A stretch of 64,000 nucleotides of DNA from the NCBI GenBank assembly GCA_051008495.1, contig JBPCXN010000127.1:15273-79272 (forward strand), read 5' to 3'. Shown here one piece after another: positions 48,799 to 59,300 of this stretch (the stretch's first letter is position 1; every line of letters begins with the position of its first letter). The translations under genes were made by a program, and so were the position numbers. This DNA comes from Endozoicomonas sp. Lineage in GTDB: Bacteria; Pseudomonadota; Gammaproteobacteria; Pseudomonadales; Endozoicomonadaceae. The notes beneath the pieces were generated by a model, which saw only the letters and a list, made by a program, of their open reading frames with translations, made no database searches and was not told the DNA's origin.

Positions 48799-49332
48799 CT
48801 ACTGATTTCCGGACAGTACTTTGCCCGTTGGCAGGTCGAAGGTGACCAGCCCGCCAGCTTCCAGCTCACCGCTTGCTGTTTCGTGCCAGTGCTTGACCTT
48901 GATCAGGTTGTAGGCAATCGCAATGGTTTCATTAGGCTGGTCGCTGTCTGCTCCGCTGATGGAATAGGAGACAATCCTGGCCTTCTCCAGTTTGACCTGA
49001 AGGTATACCTGCACCCCCTGTCCCTTTCGATCCGGTTTGGTGGCGATCAGATCAAACACCTTGCCTTCAGATCCCGGAATATAGAGACATGAGAGTATAT
49101 TTTCAGAAGCACCACAGAGTACCTTCTTGACCACCAGTTCCTGCATGCCAACCATCCCGGAATCTGCATTAAAACCATCGCCAATATCCATTCCCACCGA
49201 GCGGACAGCTCCCCACTGAAATGACGCAATGGTAAACCAGCCATCTTTAGCCAGGCTGTCGCCGCCCGTAAATTCGGCAGTCGATGCTCCTTTGGGGGTC
49301 TGCCCCTCTATACGCATATAAAGTGATGCCAT
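48799..49332 (-). CDS. hcp: T6SS tube protein Hcp
   Basis: YMRIEG..KG, SFQWG, E....K....AS, Y..VKLE.A.I.SYSISG, P.E.I...Y..I; between tssA and tssB. Confidence 0.9.
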   Translation of the reverse strand: MASLYMRIEGQTPKGASTAEFTGGDSLAKDGWFTIASFQWGAVRSVGMDIGDGFNADSGMVGMQELVVKKVLCGASENILSCLYIPGSEGKVFDLIATKPDRKGQGVQVYLQVKLEKARIVSYSISGADSDQPNETIAIAYNLIKVKHWHETASGELEAGGLVTFDLPTGKVLSGNQ

Positions 49333-49413
49333 AATTCAACCTTTAGTGAATGCAGGTGAAAGCGTTGGAACGATCGACAAAATCAAATACGAATTAAACT
49401 TCAAGGCCACTGT

Positions 49414-50610
49414 TTAAATAAGATCCTGTGTCAGAACTTTTCCAGGCGTTTCATGGCTTTCGATCTGCAACTCTGGAGGTTCGCCATGCTTCAGAGTGGT
49501 TGCATTCGTCTCCAGAGGTTCCCTATGTGAATCCTTGTGAGAAGAAGAATAGACCGAGGCAGGCGCATTTCCAGCTGAGTTGTCGGTAATCCTGTCAGTC
49601 AGTTCCGCCAGACCTGCCCGTCGACAGATTTCATTGTGTAGATCCTGTCGTTCACCGGTCATTTTGAACAACAGCTCGGGAAAACTGAGGTCAAGCCAGT
49701 CCAGCGCCTTTTCCAGCTGCCAGGAAACAGGGCTGTGAGGTTCTGCCTGACGAAAATAGGCCACCAGCTCCTGCAATCGGGTACGGGCTCGCTCTCTGCT
49801 CATACCCTCTTCCACGGCCTGCAATGGGACTGGTTGTTTCTGAATACTTTCTCTGGCCGTAATCTCTTCGACAGGATTGGCCATTTGAGTACCTGACTCG
49901 TTATACGCACCATAGACTTCTGCCGGAATATAATGCTGAAGAACGTCGATACAGCTATTTAAGCTAACGGCCAATTTTTTAATATGGGCAGGCTGATCCA
50001 CGGTCTGAAAATAAGCAGGTAGTTTATCCAGAATCAGCTTTACACTCTTCAGATCGTCGCAACTGGAACAAATCCAGTCCAGATCTGGCGACAGCTCATC
50101 AATATCCAGTTTTTTTACTTCGGTCAGAGAGAGTCCATTCACCAGCGCAGCATCCACCAGAGGCCCCAGAATGGGCGGCTCCCCACTCTCATCCAGCAGG
50201 ATACTCCCCAGTCGTTTAACGGCCGCTGTGTAATCTTCCGACTGTTCTGGGCAGTTCTGAAAAAATCCATCCAGTAACTTGAAGGATAAGGCCAGGTTCA
50301 TCCAGGGAGACTCAGTGAAAAGACTGCTGTAAGCCAGCCAGCCCAGCCATTCCGGCGACCACTGCCCTTTATTGAGAGCCTCAAGCAACCAGTCATGACA
50401 GTTCCGCCAGGCTTTTACCTGTACTTCCCTCAATCGACTGGCCTCTGCTTCCTCCGGCTCCTGTCGCCAGGCTCTGGTGGCAGAATGAGCTTCGGCCAGA
50501 AAAGTACGCAGCATCCGATACTCTTCCGCCGTCGTAGACAGCACCAGATCGCCAGAATCATTCAGGGCAGCCAGCCATGTCTGGATTAATTCATCATTTA
50601 ATGTCATCAC
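49414..50610 (-). CDS. tssA: T6SS TssA (ImpA-like)
   Basis: C-terminal SRE.A...L.ELVAYFR..EPHSPV...LEKA..W..LSFPELL motif; N-terminus divergent. Confidence 0.8.
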   Translation of the reverse strand: MMTLNDELIQTWLAALNDSGDLVLSTTAEEYRMLRTFLAEAHSATRAWRQEPEEAEASRLREVQVKAWRNCHDWLLEALNKGQWSPEWLGWLAYSSLFTESPWMNLALSFKLLDGFFQNCPEQSEDYTAAVKRLGSILLDESGEPPILGPLVDAALVNGLSLTEVKKLDIDELSPDLDWICSSCDDLKSVKLILDKLPAYFQTVDQPAHIKKLAVSLNSCIDVLQHYIPAEVYGAYNESGTQMANPVEEITARESIQKQPVPLQAVEEGMSRERARTRLQELVAYFRQAEPHSPVSWQLEKALDWLDLSFPELLFKMTGERQDLHNEICRRAGLAELTDRITDNSAGNAPASVYSSSHKDSHREPLETNATTLKHGEPPELQIESHETPGKVLTQDLI

Positions 50611-50708
50611 GGGAATAAATAACGTTCAGCATTTTATCTGCTAGGCTAGACCAAAAATTCACTGATTGATTTCTGATCAGCAATACGGCTCTGTCACGGG
50701 GAGTAAAA

Positions 50709-52712
50709 ATGGCAGCCACTGCATTAACAACAGATAACCGTCCGCTCATTGCAAAGGATGAGTCGGGGGCAGCTTATGTCGTCACACAAATGGAAGTGGA
50801 AGAAAAAATCAGTGAACCCTTTAAGGCAGAAGTGACGCTGATTTCGAATCAGTTTGACCAGGATAACGCCCTGGGCAGAAAATTGACCGTCACTTACCAG
50901 CCCGGTATTGGCCAGAACCGTAAAACAGCCTTTGTCATTAATGGCATTATGACCCGGATCACCGCGGTTTCACCGGCATCGGCATCAGCAAACTGTGCCT
51001 GGCAGATCACTCTGAAACCCTGGATTTCCATGCTGGAGCTGAGAAAACAGTGTCGTATTTTCCAGACGATGGATATTAAAAAGATCATCGACACCCTGTG
51101 TTCAGATTACAGCCTTGATACGCTCATAAAATTCGACACCAGGGACAGCTTTGAAACGCGTGAATTCTGTGTGCAATACAATGAAAGCGACCTGGACTTT
51201 CTCAGTCGACTGCTGGCTGAAGAAGGTCTGCACTATCATTTCCAACATTCAGACAAGAGCCATACCCTTACACTGGGCTCAGATAACCAGGCCTTTACCA
51301 CCTGTACTGATGGTAATATCGAGTATTCCGCTACCGCAAGCAACAGAACCACCAGTCTCCTGCAATGGCGTCCGCTTCGGGAGATTCATCCCCAGGATGC
51401 AGTGACCATAGGCTACAGTCGAGAGCAAGCCGTTCCAGTCAATAGCCGCTGCGCCCAGTCTGCCAGCGCAACTGGCCAGTCCACCGCCAGCACGAATACT
51501 CAGTGGCTCTCCCGACTTATCGCCCAGGAAGCGGCCGATCAAGCAGCCTTGTCTGCTATTCATCAGGGAGACTGCCAGAGCCAGAGAGTAGCTGTACAGA
51601 GTTCGTTTCCGGGCCTGCATTCCGGTGTTCGCTTTAAACTGGACAGCCACCCGGACTCGAAACAACAGGGAGAATATATCGTTGTCCAGGCTATCCATCA
51701 TTTCCATGCTGGAGAGAAATCCCGGCAGAAGGAGTACAGCAATGATCTGGTCTGCCTGAAGTCAGATTTTCCTTACGCCCCTCCCAGCCGACCCGGCCCC
51801 AGGATTTCCGGTGTTCAGACTGCAACCGTATCCGGCCCTGATGATCAGGAACTGTATACCGACGGCAGTGGCTCCATAAAAGTTCGATTTCACTGGGATA
51901 CCTCAGACAGTCAGGGTGACAGCTGCTCTGCCTGGATACCTGTGGTGCAGCCCCTGGCCGGTCAGGGTTTTGGTGCAAGCCTTCTGCCAAGAGTTGGCCA
52001 GGAGGTAGTCGTGAGCTTTGTCGATGGCGACCCTGACCAGCCCCTGATCACCGGCTGTCTATATAACGGCAAACATACGACACCCTACGACGATGGCAAT
52101 ATTATGGGCCTGAAGACCCTCTCCATGACCAGCGGCAATGGTGGTCATGAAGTCCGGCTGAATGACAAGAAAGACAGCGAAGAGTTTTACATTCGCTCCC
52201 AGAAAGACCTCCAGCTGGAGGTCATGAATGATATGAGCACAGCGATTACAGGCAATCTGAAAGAAGAAGTTGATAAAGACCACAATGTCGCCATAAAGCA
52301 GAGTTCTGTACTGAAAGCCGATCAGAATGTCGCCCTGGAAAGTGGCCAGAACTTTTCTCTCAAGTCGGGTTTAGACCTTAAAGTCAGGGCAAACGCTTCA
52401 GCCACTTACAAATCCACGTCGGATACGAAAATCAGTGGCACACAGGTTGCCATTGAAGCCCAGGCTGGCATCAGCCTTAAATGCGGAAGCAGTGAACTCA
52501 AGATGGATCCCGGCAGCATTACCATTAAAGCGCCCATGGTGACGTTAGAGGCCCAGGCCATGCTTTCCCTGAAAGGCCTGTGTGCTGAACTCAAAGGCAC
52601 GACCCAGACGGCAATCAGCGGACTGATTATCGACGTCAACGCAAACACCTGCCTCTGCCTGAAAGGGTCGGCTATGGTGATAGTTCAGGGTGGTTTAACC
52701 AAGATTAACTGA
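50709..52712 (+). CDS. vgrG: T6SS spike protein VgrG
   Basis: RIFQ, REFCVQYNESDLDFLSRLLAEEGLHYHF, P.I.G.QTATV.GP, VRFHWD, PRVGQEVVVSFVDGDPDQP.ITG.LYN; beta-helical tail with no evident toxin extension. Confidence 0.96.
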   Translation: MAATALTTDNRPLIAKDESGAAYVVTQMEVEEKISEPFKAEVTLISNQFDQDNALGRKLTVTYQPGIGQNRKTAFVINGIMTRITAVSPASASANCAWQITLKPWISMLELRKQCRIFQTMDIKKIIDTLCSDYSLDTLIKFDTRDSFETREFCVQYNESDLDFLSRLLAEEGLHYHFQHSDKSHTLTLGSDNQAFTTCTDGNIEYSATASNRTTSLLQWRPLREIHPQDAVTIGYSREQAVPVNSRCAQSASATGQSTASTNTQWLSRLIAQEAADQAALSAIHQGDCQSQRVAVQSSFPGLHSGVRFKLDSHPDSKQQGEYIVVQAIHHFHAGEKSRQKEYSNDLVCLKSDFPYAPPSRPGPRISGVQTATVSGPDDQELYTDGSGSIKVRFHWDTSDSQGDSCSAWIPVVQPLAGQGFGASLLPRVGQEVVVSFVDGDPDQPLITGCLYNGKHTTPYDDGNIMGLKTLSMTSGNGGHEVRLNDKKDSEEFYIRSQKDLQLEVMNDMSTAITGNLKEEVDKDHNVAIKQSSVLKADQNVALESGQNFSLKSGLDLKVRANASATYKSTSDTKISGTQVAIEAQAGISLKCGSSELKMDPGSITIKAPMVTLEAQAMLSLKGLCAELKGTTQTAISGLIIDVNANTCLCLKGSAMVIVQGGLTKIN

Positions 52713-52718
52713 CAGCTT

Positions 52719-53306
52719 ATGAGTATATTGATCAGCGATGATATACCAACCCTTCTTGGTCTTTTTGACAGCGATAATATCCGGGAAATGGCTCTGCTGC
52801 AGCCAGACGTAAATCACCTGCTGACCGAGTTGCTGAAGGCGCAGAGTTATGAACCTGCTGTCGCTTTTCTGGCCCATACTCTGCAGCCACAGTTTGCCAT
52901 AACCTGGGCCTACTTCTGCCTGGTTCACGCTCACATCCCATGGAGTGACGGCGAATCAGACATAATTGCCAAGGCCAGACAATGGTTGACAGAACCCGAT
53001 GAGAACCATCGCCGCCAGCACGAAACCAGCCTGGAAACAACAGGAGTCACCTCCTCCGCAGGCTGGCTGGGTCAGGCTATCTTCTGGAGCGGCGGCAGTA
53101 TAACGCCAGAAAAGGCTCCTGCTGTCAGCCCCCAGCCTTTTTTACTGGGCCATGCATTGTCCGGGGCAGTTCAGCTGGCGGCGACGGCGGACAATGGCCA
53201 GAGAAGTCATGTGCTTTATCCCCTGTTTATCAGAACCGGCTTGCGAGTGGTGCAGGGGCTACCCAGAGAGAAACTGCTTACTATCTGTTCGGAGTCCATT
53301 TCATGA
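52719..53306 (+). CDS. DUF6931-like T6SS-associated protein
   Basis: A..FLAH.L....A..WA..C, W...PDE..RR, WL..AIFWSGGSI.P; between vgrG and PAAR. Confidence 0.7.
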   Translation: MSILISDDIPTLLGLFDSDNIREMALLQPDVNHLLTELLKAQSYEPAVAFLAHTLQPQFAITWAYFCLVHAHIPWSDGESDIIAKARQWLTEPDENHRRQHETSLETTGVTSSAGWLGQAIFWSGGSITPEKAPAVSPQPFLLGHALSGAVQLAATADNGQRSHVLYPLFIRTGLRVVQGLPREKLLTICSESIS

Positions 53307-53599
53307 TGCCAGCAGCCCGGGCCACCGATATGCATGTCTGCCCCATGCAGACGCCTGCCCTGCCGCCTGTTCCCCATGTGGGTGGCCCTATACTGCCACT
53401 GCCTTCTACAGTATTGATTGGTGGCTTGCCCGCCGCAACTCTTGGACAGCCCTGTGTCTGTATCGGTCCGCCAGATCTTATTCTGTTGGGCAGCATGACG
53501 GTACTGGTTAATGCCCGACCATTGGCGCGGCTGGGAGACAGTACTGTTCACGGAGGCAGCATTGTGTCCGGCTGCCCTACAGTTTTGGTAGGAGGCTGA
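53303..53599 (+). CDS. PAAR domain spike tip protein
   Basis: MPAARATDMHVCP, PHVGGPI, VLIGGLPAA, V.VN.RP.ARLGD...HGG.I..GCPTVLVG. Confidence 0.95.
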   Translation: MMPAARATDMHVCPMQTPALPPVPHVGGPILPLPSTVLIGGLPAATLGQPCVCIGPPDLILLGSMTVLVNARPLARLGDSTVHGGSIVSGCPTVLVGG

Positions 53600-53603
53600 C
53601 CCT

Positions 53604-54068
53604 GTGATGGGAAGTAAGCCTTTGTTTCTGCTGCTCTGCCTCTGCCTCTCTGGCTGCGCCAGCTGGTTCCAGAAAGAGACCCAGGTCCGGCTCACCATCA
53701 AAGCTTCTGACCAGATCAACCCCGGCAATACAAGCGACAGCAATCCTCTGTTTATTCAGGTACTGCAACTGAAGGATACGGCCCGGTTTCAGCAGGCTGA
53801 TTTTCTGAACCTATATAAGAATCTGTCTGCGACGCTCGGTGACGAACTGGTTTATCTGCCCCCTGCCATCCCGGTCCGGCCCGGGGAAACGCTGGAACAG
53901 ATCATCAAGCCCGAGCCAGGCAGTCAGTACATCGGGCTGATCTATTTTTTCAGTCAGTACCAGCAGTCGACCACCCGACACTGGTTATCTATAGAGCCCA
54001 GCAGGGAACAGTGCATCCAGGTCAATCTGTCCAACACCCTGGCCACTATCAGCCAGAAGTGCCCCTGA
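53604..54068 (+). CDS. tssJ: T6SS outer membrane lipoprotein TssJ
   Basis: Lipobox LSGC; I.ASDQINP...SNPL.I.V.QL....F..ADF..L. Confidence 0.9.
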   Translation: MMGSKPLFLLLCLCLSGCASWFQKETQVRLTIKASDQINPGNTSDSNPLFIQVLQLKDTARFQQADFLNLYKNLSATLGDELVYLPPAIPVRPGETLEQIIKPEPGSQYIGLIYFFSQYQQSTTRHWLSIEPSREQCIQVNLSNTLATISQKCP

Positions 54069-54100
54069 TTTATTCGCAGTCGTTTACAGGAGATGCTGAC

Positions 54101-55417
54101 TTGAAACCCTATTCCGTATGCTGGCTGGAAGGTGCTTTTATGACTCCGCAACACTTCCAGCAACAGGAACGCTTTCTGACTCACTTCACCAGCCAGTATT
54201 ACGGACTGCTGAATCCGTCTCGATTTGGCTTCGCAACCCTGGACATTGACTCGGTTCTGCTGTCTGCAGGTAAGTTTGGCATTACCGGTGCGGCAGGGAT
54301 TTTTCCCGACCATAGCCCTTTCATTATCGATGAATTACTGGTGATTTCGATCCCGGAAAACACTTGCGACGCCATTGTTTACCTGACTCTCCCTATTCAC
54401 CGCTATGGTACGGCTGAGGTCAGTGAAAGCCCCAGCACCCGCTATCAGTACTATGCCGAAGATATCATCGACAGCATCAACCCCCAGTCCCCCGTTGCCC
54501 GTGTAGAAATGGCACGTCCCAGCCTTGAACTGATGATCAGCGATGATGATAGCGCCGGTTACACCCGGATTCAGGTGGCCCGTATTACCCATATAGACAA
54601 CGATGGAGCAGTTCATCTGGATAACAGGTTTATTCCTTCGGCCCTAAACCTGCGCACATCCCGTTTTGTACTGGACAAACTGGAAGAACTGTCTGGGCGC
54701 ATCAGCCAGAAAACCCGAACCATTGCTTCCCGCCTGAGAAGCGGACGGCACTTCAAAAGTGAGCAGTCACTCTGGCAGGATCAGTTATGGAGCGTCATCC
54801 TGGGTCAATGGAAAGCACGGCTGGGTGTATTGATGACACAGCCCTTTCTCTGCCCCTTTATTCTCTACAAAGAGCTGTTTGTGATGATCGGCAGCCTCGG
54901 TGGCCTGTCGGAAGAGACTCCACCAGAACCTCTGAACCTGCACCCGGACGCTCTGACCCAGATCATGCCTGAAGTGTTCAACTTTCTGCTGTCAGCGCTT
55001 GATCTGGCCTCCCGGGAATCAGTGATTGAACTGTCTCTGGATGACTCACGCTTTATCAGCAAACGAATACTGTCTGCCATGCTGCCGCTCCAGGTGAATC
55101 ATACACACCGCTGCATTCTTTCGGTCTCTGCTCCTGAGGATGCTGCCTGGCTGATGGAAAACATTCCCAGGTTTGTCACCCTCGCTCCGGAGACCCAGAT
55201 AGATGAGTTACTGAGAACTGCAATGCCAGGGCTGGAGCTGTCTCCTTTAACCATGCCTCCTGTTGAGTTGAGCCTTCCCGATTGCCAGACCTTTGTCGTA
55301 GACACCCTGTCCCAGGCCTGGAAACAGATGCTACAGGAAAATGGTCGTCTGAATGTCCATCTGGATCGACAGCTTGGAGAACCAGAAATCAGACTTTTCC
55401 TTATTCAACAGACATAA
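54101..55417 (+). CDS. tssK: T6SS baseplate subunit TssK
   Basis: V.W.EG.F.TPQHFQQQERF, G.FPD..PF, FIP.AL; TTG start at 54101 after an AGGAG RBS. Confidence 0.92.
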   Translation: MKPYSVCWLEGAFMTPQHFQQQERFLTHFTSQYYGLLNPSRFGFATLDIDSVLLSAGKFGITGAAGIFPDHSPFIIDELLVISIPENTCDAIVYLTLPIHRYGTAEVSESPSTRYQYYAEDIIDSINPQSPVARVEMARPSLELMISDDDSAGYTRIQVARITHIDNDGAVHLDNRFIPSALNLRTSRFVLDKLEELSGRISQKTRTIASRLRSGRHFKSEQSLWQDQLWSVILGQWKARLGVLMTQPFLCPFILYKELFVMIGSLGGLSEETPPEPLNLHPDALTQIMPEVFNFLLSALDLASRESVIELSLDDSRFISKRILSAMLPLQVNHTHRCILSVSAPEDAAWLMENIPRFVTLAPETQIDELLRTAMPGLELSPLTMPPVELSLPDCQTFVVDTLSQAWKQMLQENGRLNVHLDRQLGEPEIRLFLIQQT

Positions 55418-55482
55418 ATAGCCATGAGCAAAGGAAACGTTATTTCGTCCACAATGATGAAAAAGTTTCGCGGTGAACAGAC

Positions 55483-56310
55483 ATGAGCGATTTGGAAAGC
55501 GCCGATATTACCCAGGCCAGATCAGGCCATCTGATTCCGGCGGGGACGCCCCTACAGCCCTTTCTGCAGGAAATGATTCCCATCCTGACCGGGAACCCCT
55601 ATATCAACGAGGCCATACCCCTGCTATTGCTCATTACCAGCTTGCAACGGCTTGATCCACCCACCAGCATTGCCACCTATCATAAGCACCTGCTGAATCA
55701 TCTGGTGCTGTATCGGAAGAAACTGCTTGAGCAGGACGGCACTCGGGCTACCTTTGTCCTGGCTGCAACACTGGATGAACTCACTATGCAGAGCGAATGG
55801 AGCGCCAGCGACTGGATCGGGGAAACACTCTGCAGTCGTCTGTTCAAACGTAGAGACTCCGGACGCCAGTTTTTCCAGATTGTTAAAGGCTGGCTCAAGT
55901 CTCCCCAGGACAATATTGAGCCACTGCTGTTGGCCTACCTCTGTATCAAACTGGGTTTCAGGGGACAGTTTCGTTACCGAAACCAGGATGTCCTTGATTC
56001 TCTGCAGGTATCTCTCTATCACCTGCTCCTGCAGGAAGGCCAGCTGAACAAGATGCCTCTGGGCTTCGATATTCTGGAGAGTGATATTCACCCGGTACGA
56101 AGTGCTTACTATCGACGGTCCGCCTTGATTCTGGCCGGGCTGATCAGCCTGCTGGTCGCAGTGGGTGGCTCCTGGATCTTTTCCCAGAAAGAATCCAGTG
56201 TGGAATCACTGAGGCAGGCCAGCATTGTCACCAGTTATCCCACCCAGGGCTATCGTCGGGCCACACCGGAAGAGATTCATGAGCTTATTTTCCAGAAGCA
56301 GAAATATTAA
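55483..56310 (+). CDS. tssL: T6SS inner membrane protein TssL (DotU)
   Basis: A.F.LAA.LDE....W....W....L...F.....G..FF, YLCI.LGFRG.F, single C-terminal TM, no OmpA domain. Confidence 0.88.
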   Translation: MSDLESADITQARSGHLIPAGTPLQPFLQEMIPILTGNPYINEAIPLLLLITSLQRLDPPTSIATYHKHLLNHLVLYRKKLLEQDGTRATFVLAATLDELTMQSEWSASDWIGETLCSRLFKRRDSGRQFFQIVKGWLKSPQDNIEPLLLAYLCIKLGFRGQFRYRNQDVLDSLQVSLYHLLLQEGQLNKMPLGFDILESDIHPVRSAYYRRSALILAGLISLLVAVGGSWIFSQKESSVESLRQASIVTSYPTQGYRRATPEEIHELIFQKQKY

Positions 56311-59300
56311 TCTTGCCCTGATCATTTCCGCCATCCTGACCCTGCTGTTTGTGACAAGCTCTGTCACTGCCTGGCTGTTTCACTATCGATTGACGGCACT
56401 GATACTGGCCTGCACGACACTTGTCGCTCTGGTGCTGTTCGTTTTGAGCCTGCAACTGAAAAGAAAGGATAGTCTCGACAGCCATGAAAGGCTGTCTATC
56501 CGATCGCTCAACAGATACCTGACCATGGTCTTCAGTAAATCATCTGTCCGGAATAAATACAGCCCCCCCTGCTTTCTTGCACTTTCACAGAACGAGGAAA
56601 GCCCGGAAACGCTGTTCGAAAGTATGGGACTCGAGCATCTGCAATATCCTTCAGTCACCTGCTCCAGTGTTACAGCCTGGCGTAGCAGTCACTGCATGAT
56701 GCTGCATACCTGCACAGGGCAGCAGCACAGTAATGACAACGAAGACAGCGAATGGCAGGCCCTGCTCAGACAGCTCAGGCTCAAACGCCCTCGCCAGCCA
56801 CTCAGTGGCATTGTAATCATCCTTCCCACAAGTATTCTTACCGCCCGTGATGAACAGCATGAAGCTTATATGGATGCTACTGTTGCCCGATGTCACTCGG
56901 TTATCACAACCCTTAAGCAAAAGCTCCCCGTGATCTTCCTGATATCCGGAACAGGTCAGCTTTGCTGCATTCATGAACTTTGCCAGACCCTGCACCGGGA
57001 CGAACTGGCCTCTCCTCTGGGTCATATACGACCACTGACATGTATTGAATCAACTGAAAGCTGGTTCAACGCTTCCTGGCAGAAGTTGCTGCAGAAACTC
57101 TACTACCGGCAGACCGAATCCCTGGGCCAGATATACGATGACAGATCTTCCAGCAGCAGCCTGGGTGCGCTGTTCCAGCTGGCTTTGCTGGGGGATCAGG
57201 TCAAATCGGTTCTGGTCCGCTTTGCAACATCCTTTCTCAATGAAGAGCTGGATATTGCCGGGTATTTTCTCTGCCTGACCCCTGAAGACACTCAGCAGAT
57301 TGACCTGTCATCTCTCTATTGTCAGTATCATTTCGCTACAGGAAAGCATCCGGATAGCTACTCTGTTCAAAGTCAGCAAACCGCCTTTACCCGCGACCTT
57401 GTAGCACGGATTCTGATTCCCGTGACAGCACGAACCGGATTGAATAAACGTTCTGAGTTTATTTACCAGCTTTTTCGTTACACATGGTATTGCTTTGGAC
57501 TGGCCATGCTGTCTCTCTCGGCCTGGTGGTTATACGCGAACTACGCCCTGGAAAATCAGCTCAACAAGGCCACGACCTCGGTTGTCAGCCGTTATGTGGT
57601 AGAGAGCAGCAATAAAACCAGCTCCCTGTATGTAACCTTATCGAGTCTGGGTGCTCTCAGGGAACTTATCGATAAATACGACGACGTGCCATCATTATTT
57701 ATTCCTTCCCGAATGAGTCACAGGATCGTCAAAAAAGAGTTGACCCAATACTACCAGCAACAACTCAGACTGAGGCTAAGTCCCTATCTGATAGACGTAT
57801 TCTCCACCTCTCTGACAGTGCAGATCAGAAATGAAAATGCCCATGGCATCTTCGAAAGTCTTCGCCTGTACCAGATGCTGTTCGATGTCTCTGAACTCAA
57901 TCACTCAGAATTACATAAAGGCGCCCTGGCCCTGCTTATCGAACACTTCGGCCTGGACAAGCTTTCCAGTGAAAAGCTGGCGCTTCAGCTTCATGACTAT
58001 CTCGCCCTGCCCGATTACCCGACCTACCAGCCCGATATGCATCTGATCGCTGCTGCTCGAGGCAGGCTTCAGGGGCTGACCGACGCTCACCTTGTTTACC
58101 GTCGTATAAAAGTGATGCCCGAGTACCACCAGAACACTCCTCTGGAAAAAATGATGGGCACACACTTTAACCGGGTTTTTGCCATTGATGACGCAGCAGT
58201 GAGCGATTGTCAGAAAGGCCACTTCGCCCTGTTCACAGCCAGGGGCTGGAAAGCCGATCTGTCCCCGGATTCTCCCCTGATCATGAATAGCCTGCTGGAT
58301 ATCCGCAAGCTACAGGGAAAATATAAACCTGTTTCCTCCAAAACCGCAGTGACCATCAGCGACGCAGTCAGGCAGCGGTTTACAAAGGAATATATATCTC
58401 GCTGGAATGGCGTACTCAGCTGCATTTACATCAAGCCAGTCAACTCCATTGACGATCTGGAAGAAACCATCAGCTATCTCGCCCAGTGGGGCAAGTCACC
58501 GATGAACGATATTCTGGAAACGGTCAAAGCGAACACCTGGTTCCCTTCCGATATGATGCAGGCAGACAATACTGAAGAGTCATCTGGCGAGCCTCTTGAT
58601 CTACTGGCTACTGACAGGGTGAAAGGCGCCATCTTTAATGAGGACGATATCCTGACCGAAGCCTTTGCCGACTACCATCGACTGCTGGACGAAAAACAGG
58701 GCATAGTCTTCGCCCAGAGTTTCCAGCAACTGCTGGAAGAGATATACCACAACCTTCATGTAATGAGAGCTTCGGGCAACCAGCCCGAACTTGCTTTCCT
58801 GCAAATCAGGCAATTTGTTGCCGGGGCTCACCCGGTCAAGTCCCTTGGCTTCCTTGCCCTCAGTCAACCCAATGCTGTTCGCCGCTGGATAGAAGAAGTG
58901 ATATCCGAATGGGCAAGATTCCATATGCAACTGGCAGGGGAATACATCCAATCCCAATGGCTTGAAGAAATCATCCCCCTCTGGCGGCAATATCTGGACA
59001 ACCGCTTTCCAGTTGCTTCACAAGCGGGCAACCATATTGACCCGGATGATTTCCAGGACTTCTTTGGCCCGAAAGGGCAGTTACAGGCCTTCCATGATAC
59101 TTATATCAAGCCATTTATCAGCAAGAACCGACCTGCCCGCCTGATCGCCCAGCAAAGCATCCACTTTACACCCGCTGTGCTTGAACTGTTCAACAGAGTA
59201 ACCACCATTCGCTCTGTCTGTTTCGACAAACAGGGTCTGTTGAATATTAATATGTATGTGAGGGTGCAGTCTCTCAGCCCTGAGTCTACCCACTATGTAT

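Noticed and set aside
50611-50708. Sigma54 or IHF sites in the divergent T6SS promoter
   Set aside because: No TGGCAC-N5-TTGC; only an imperfect IHF-like match.
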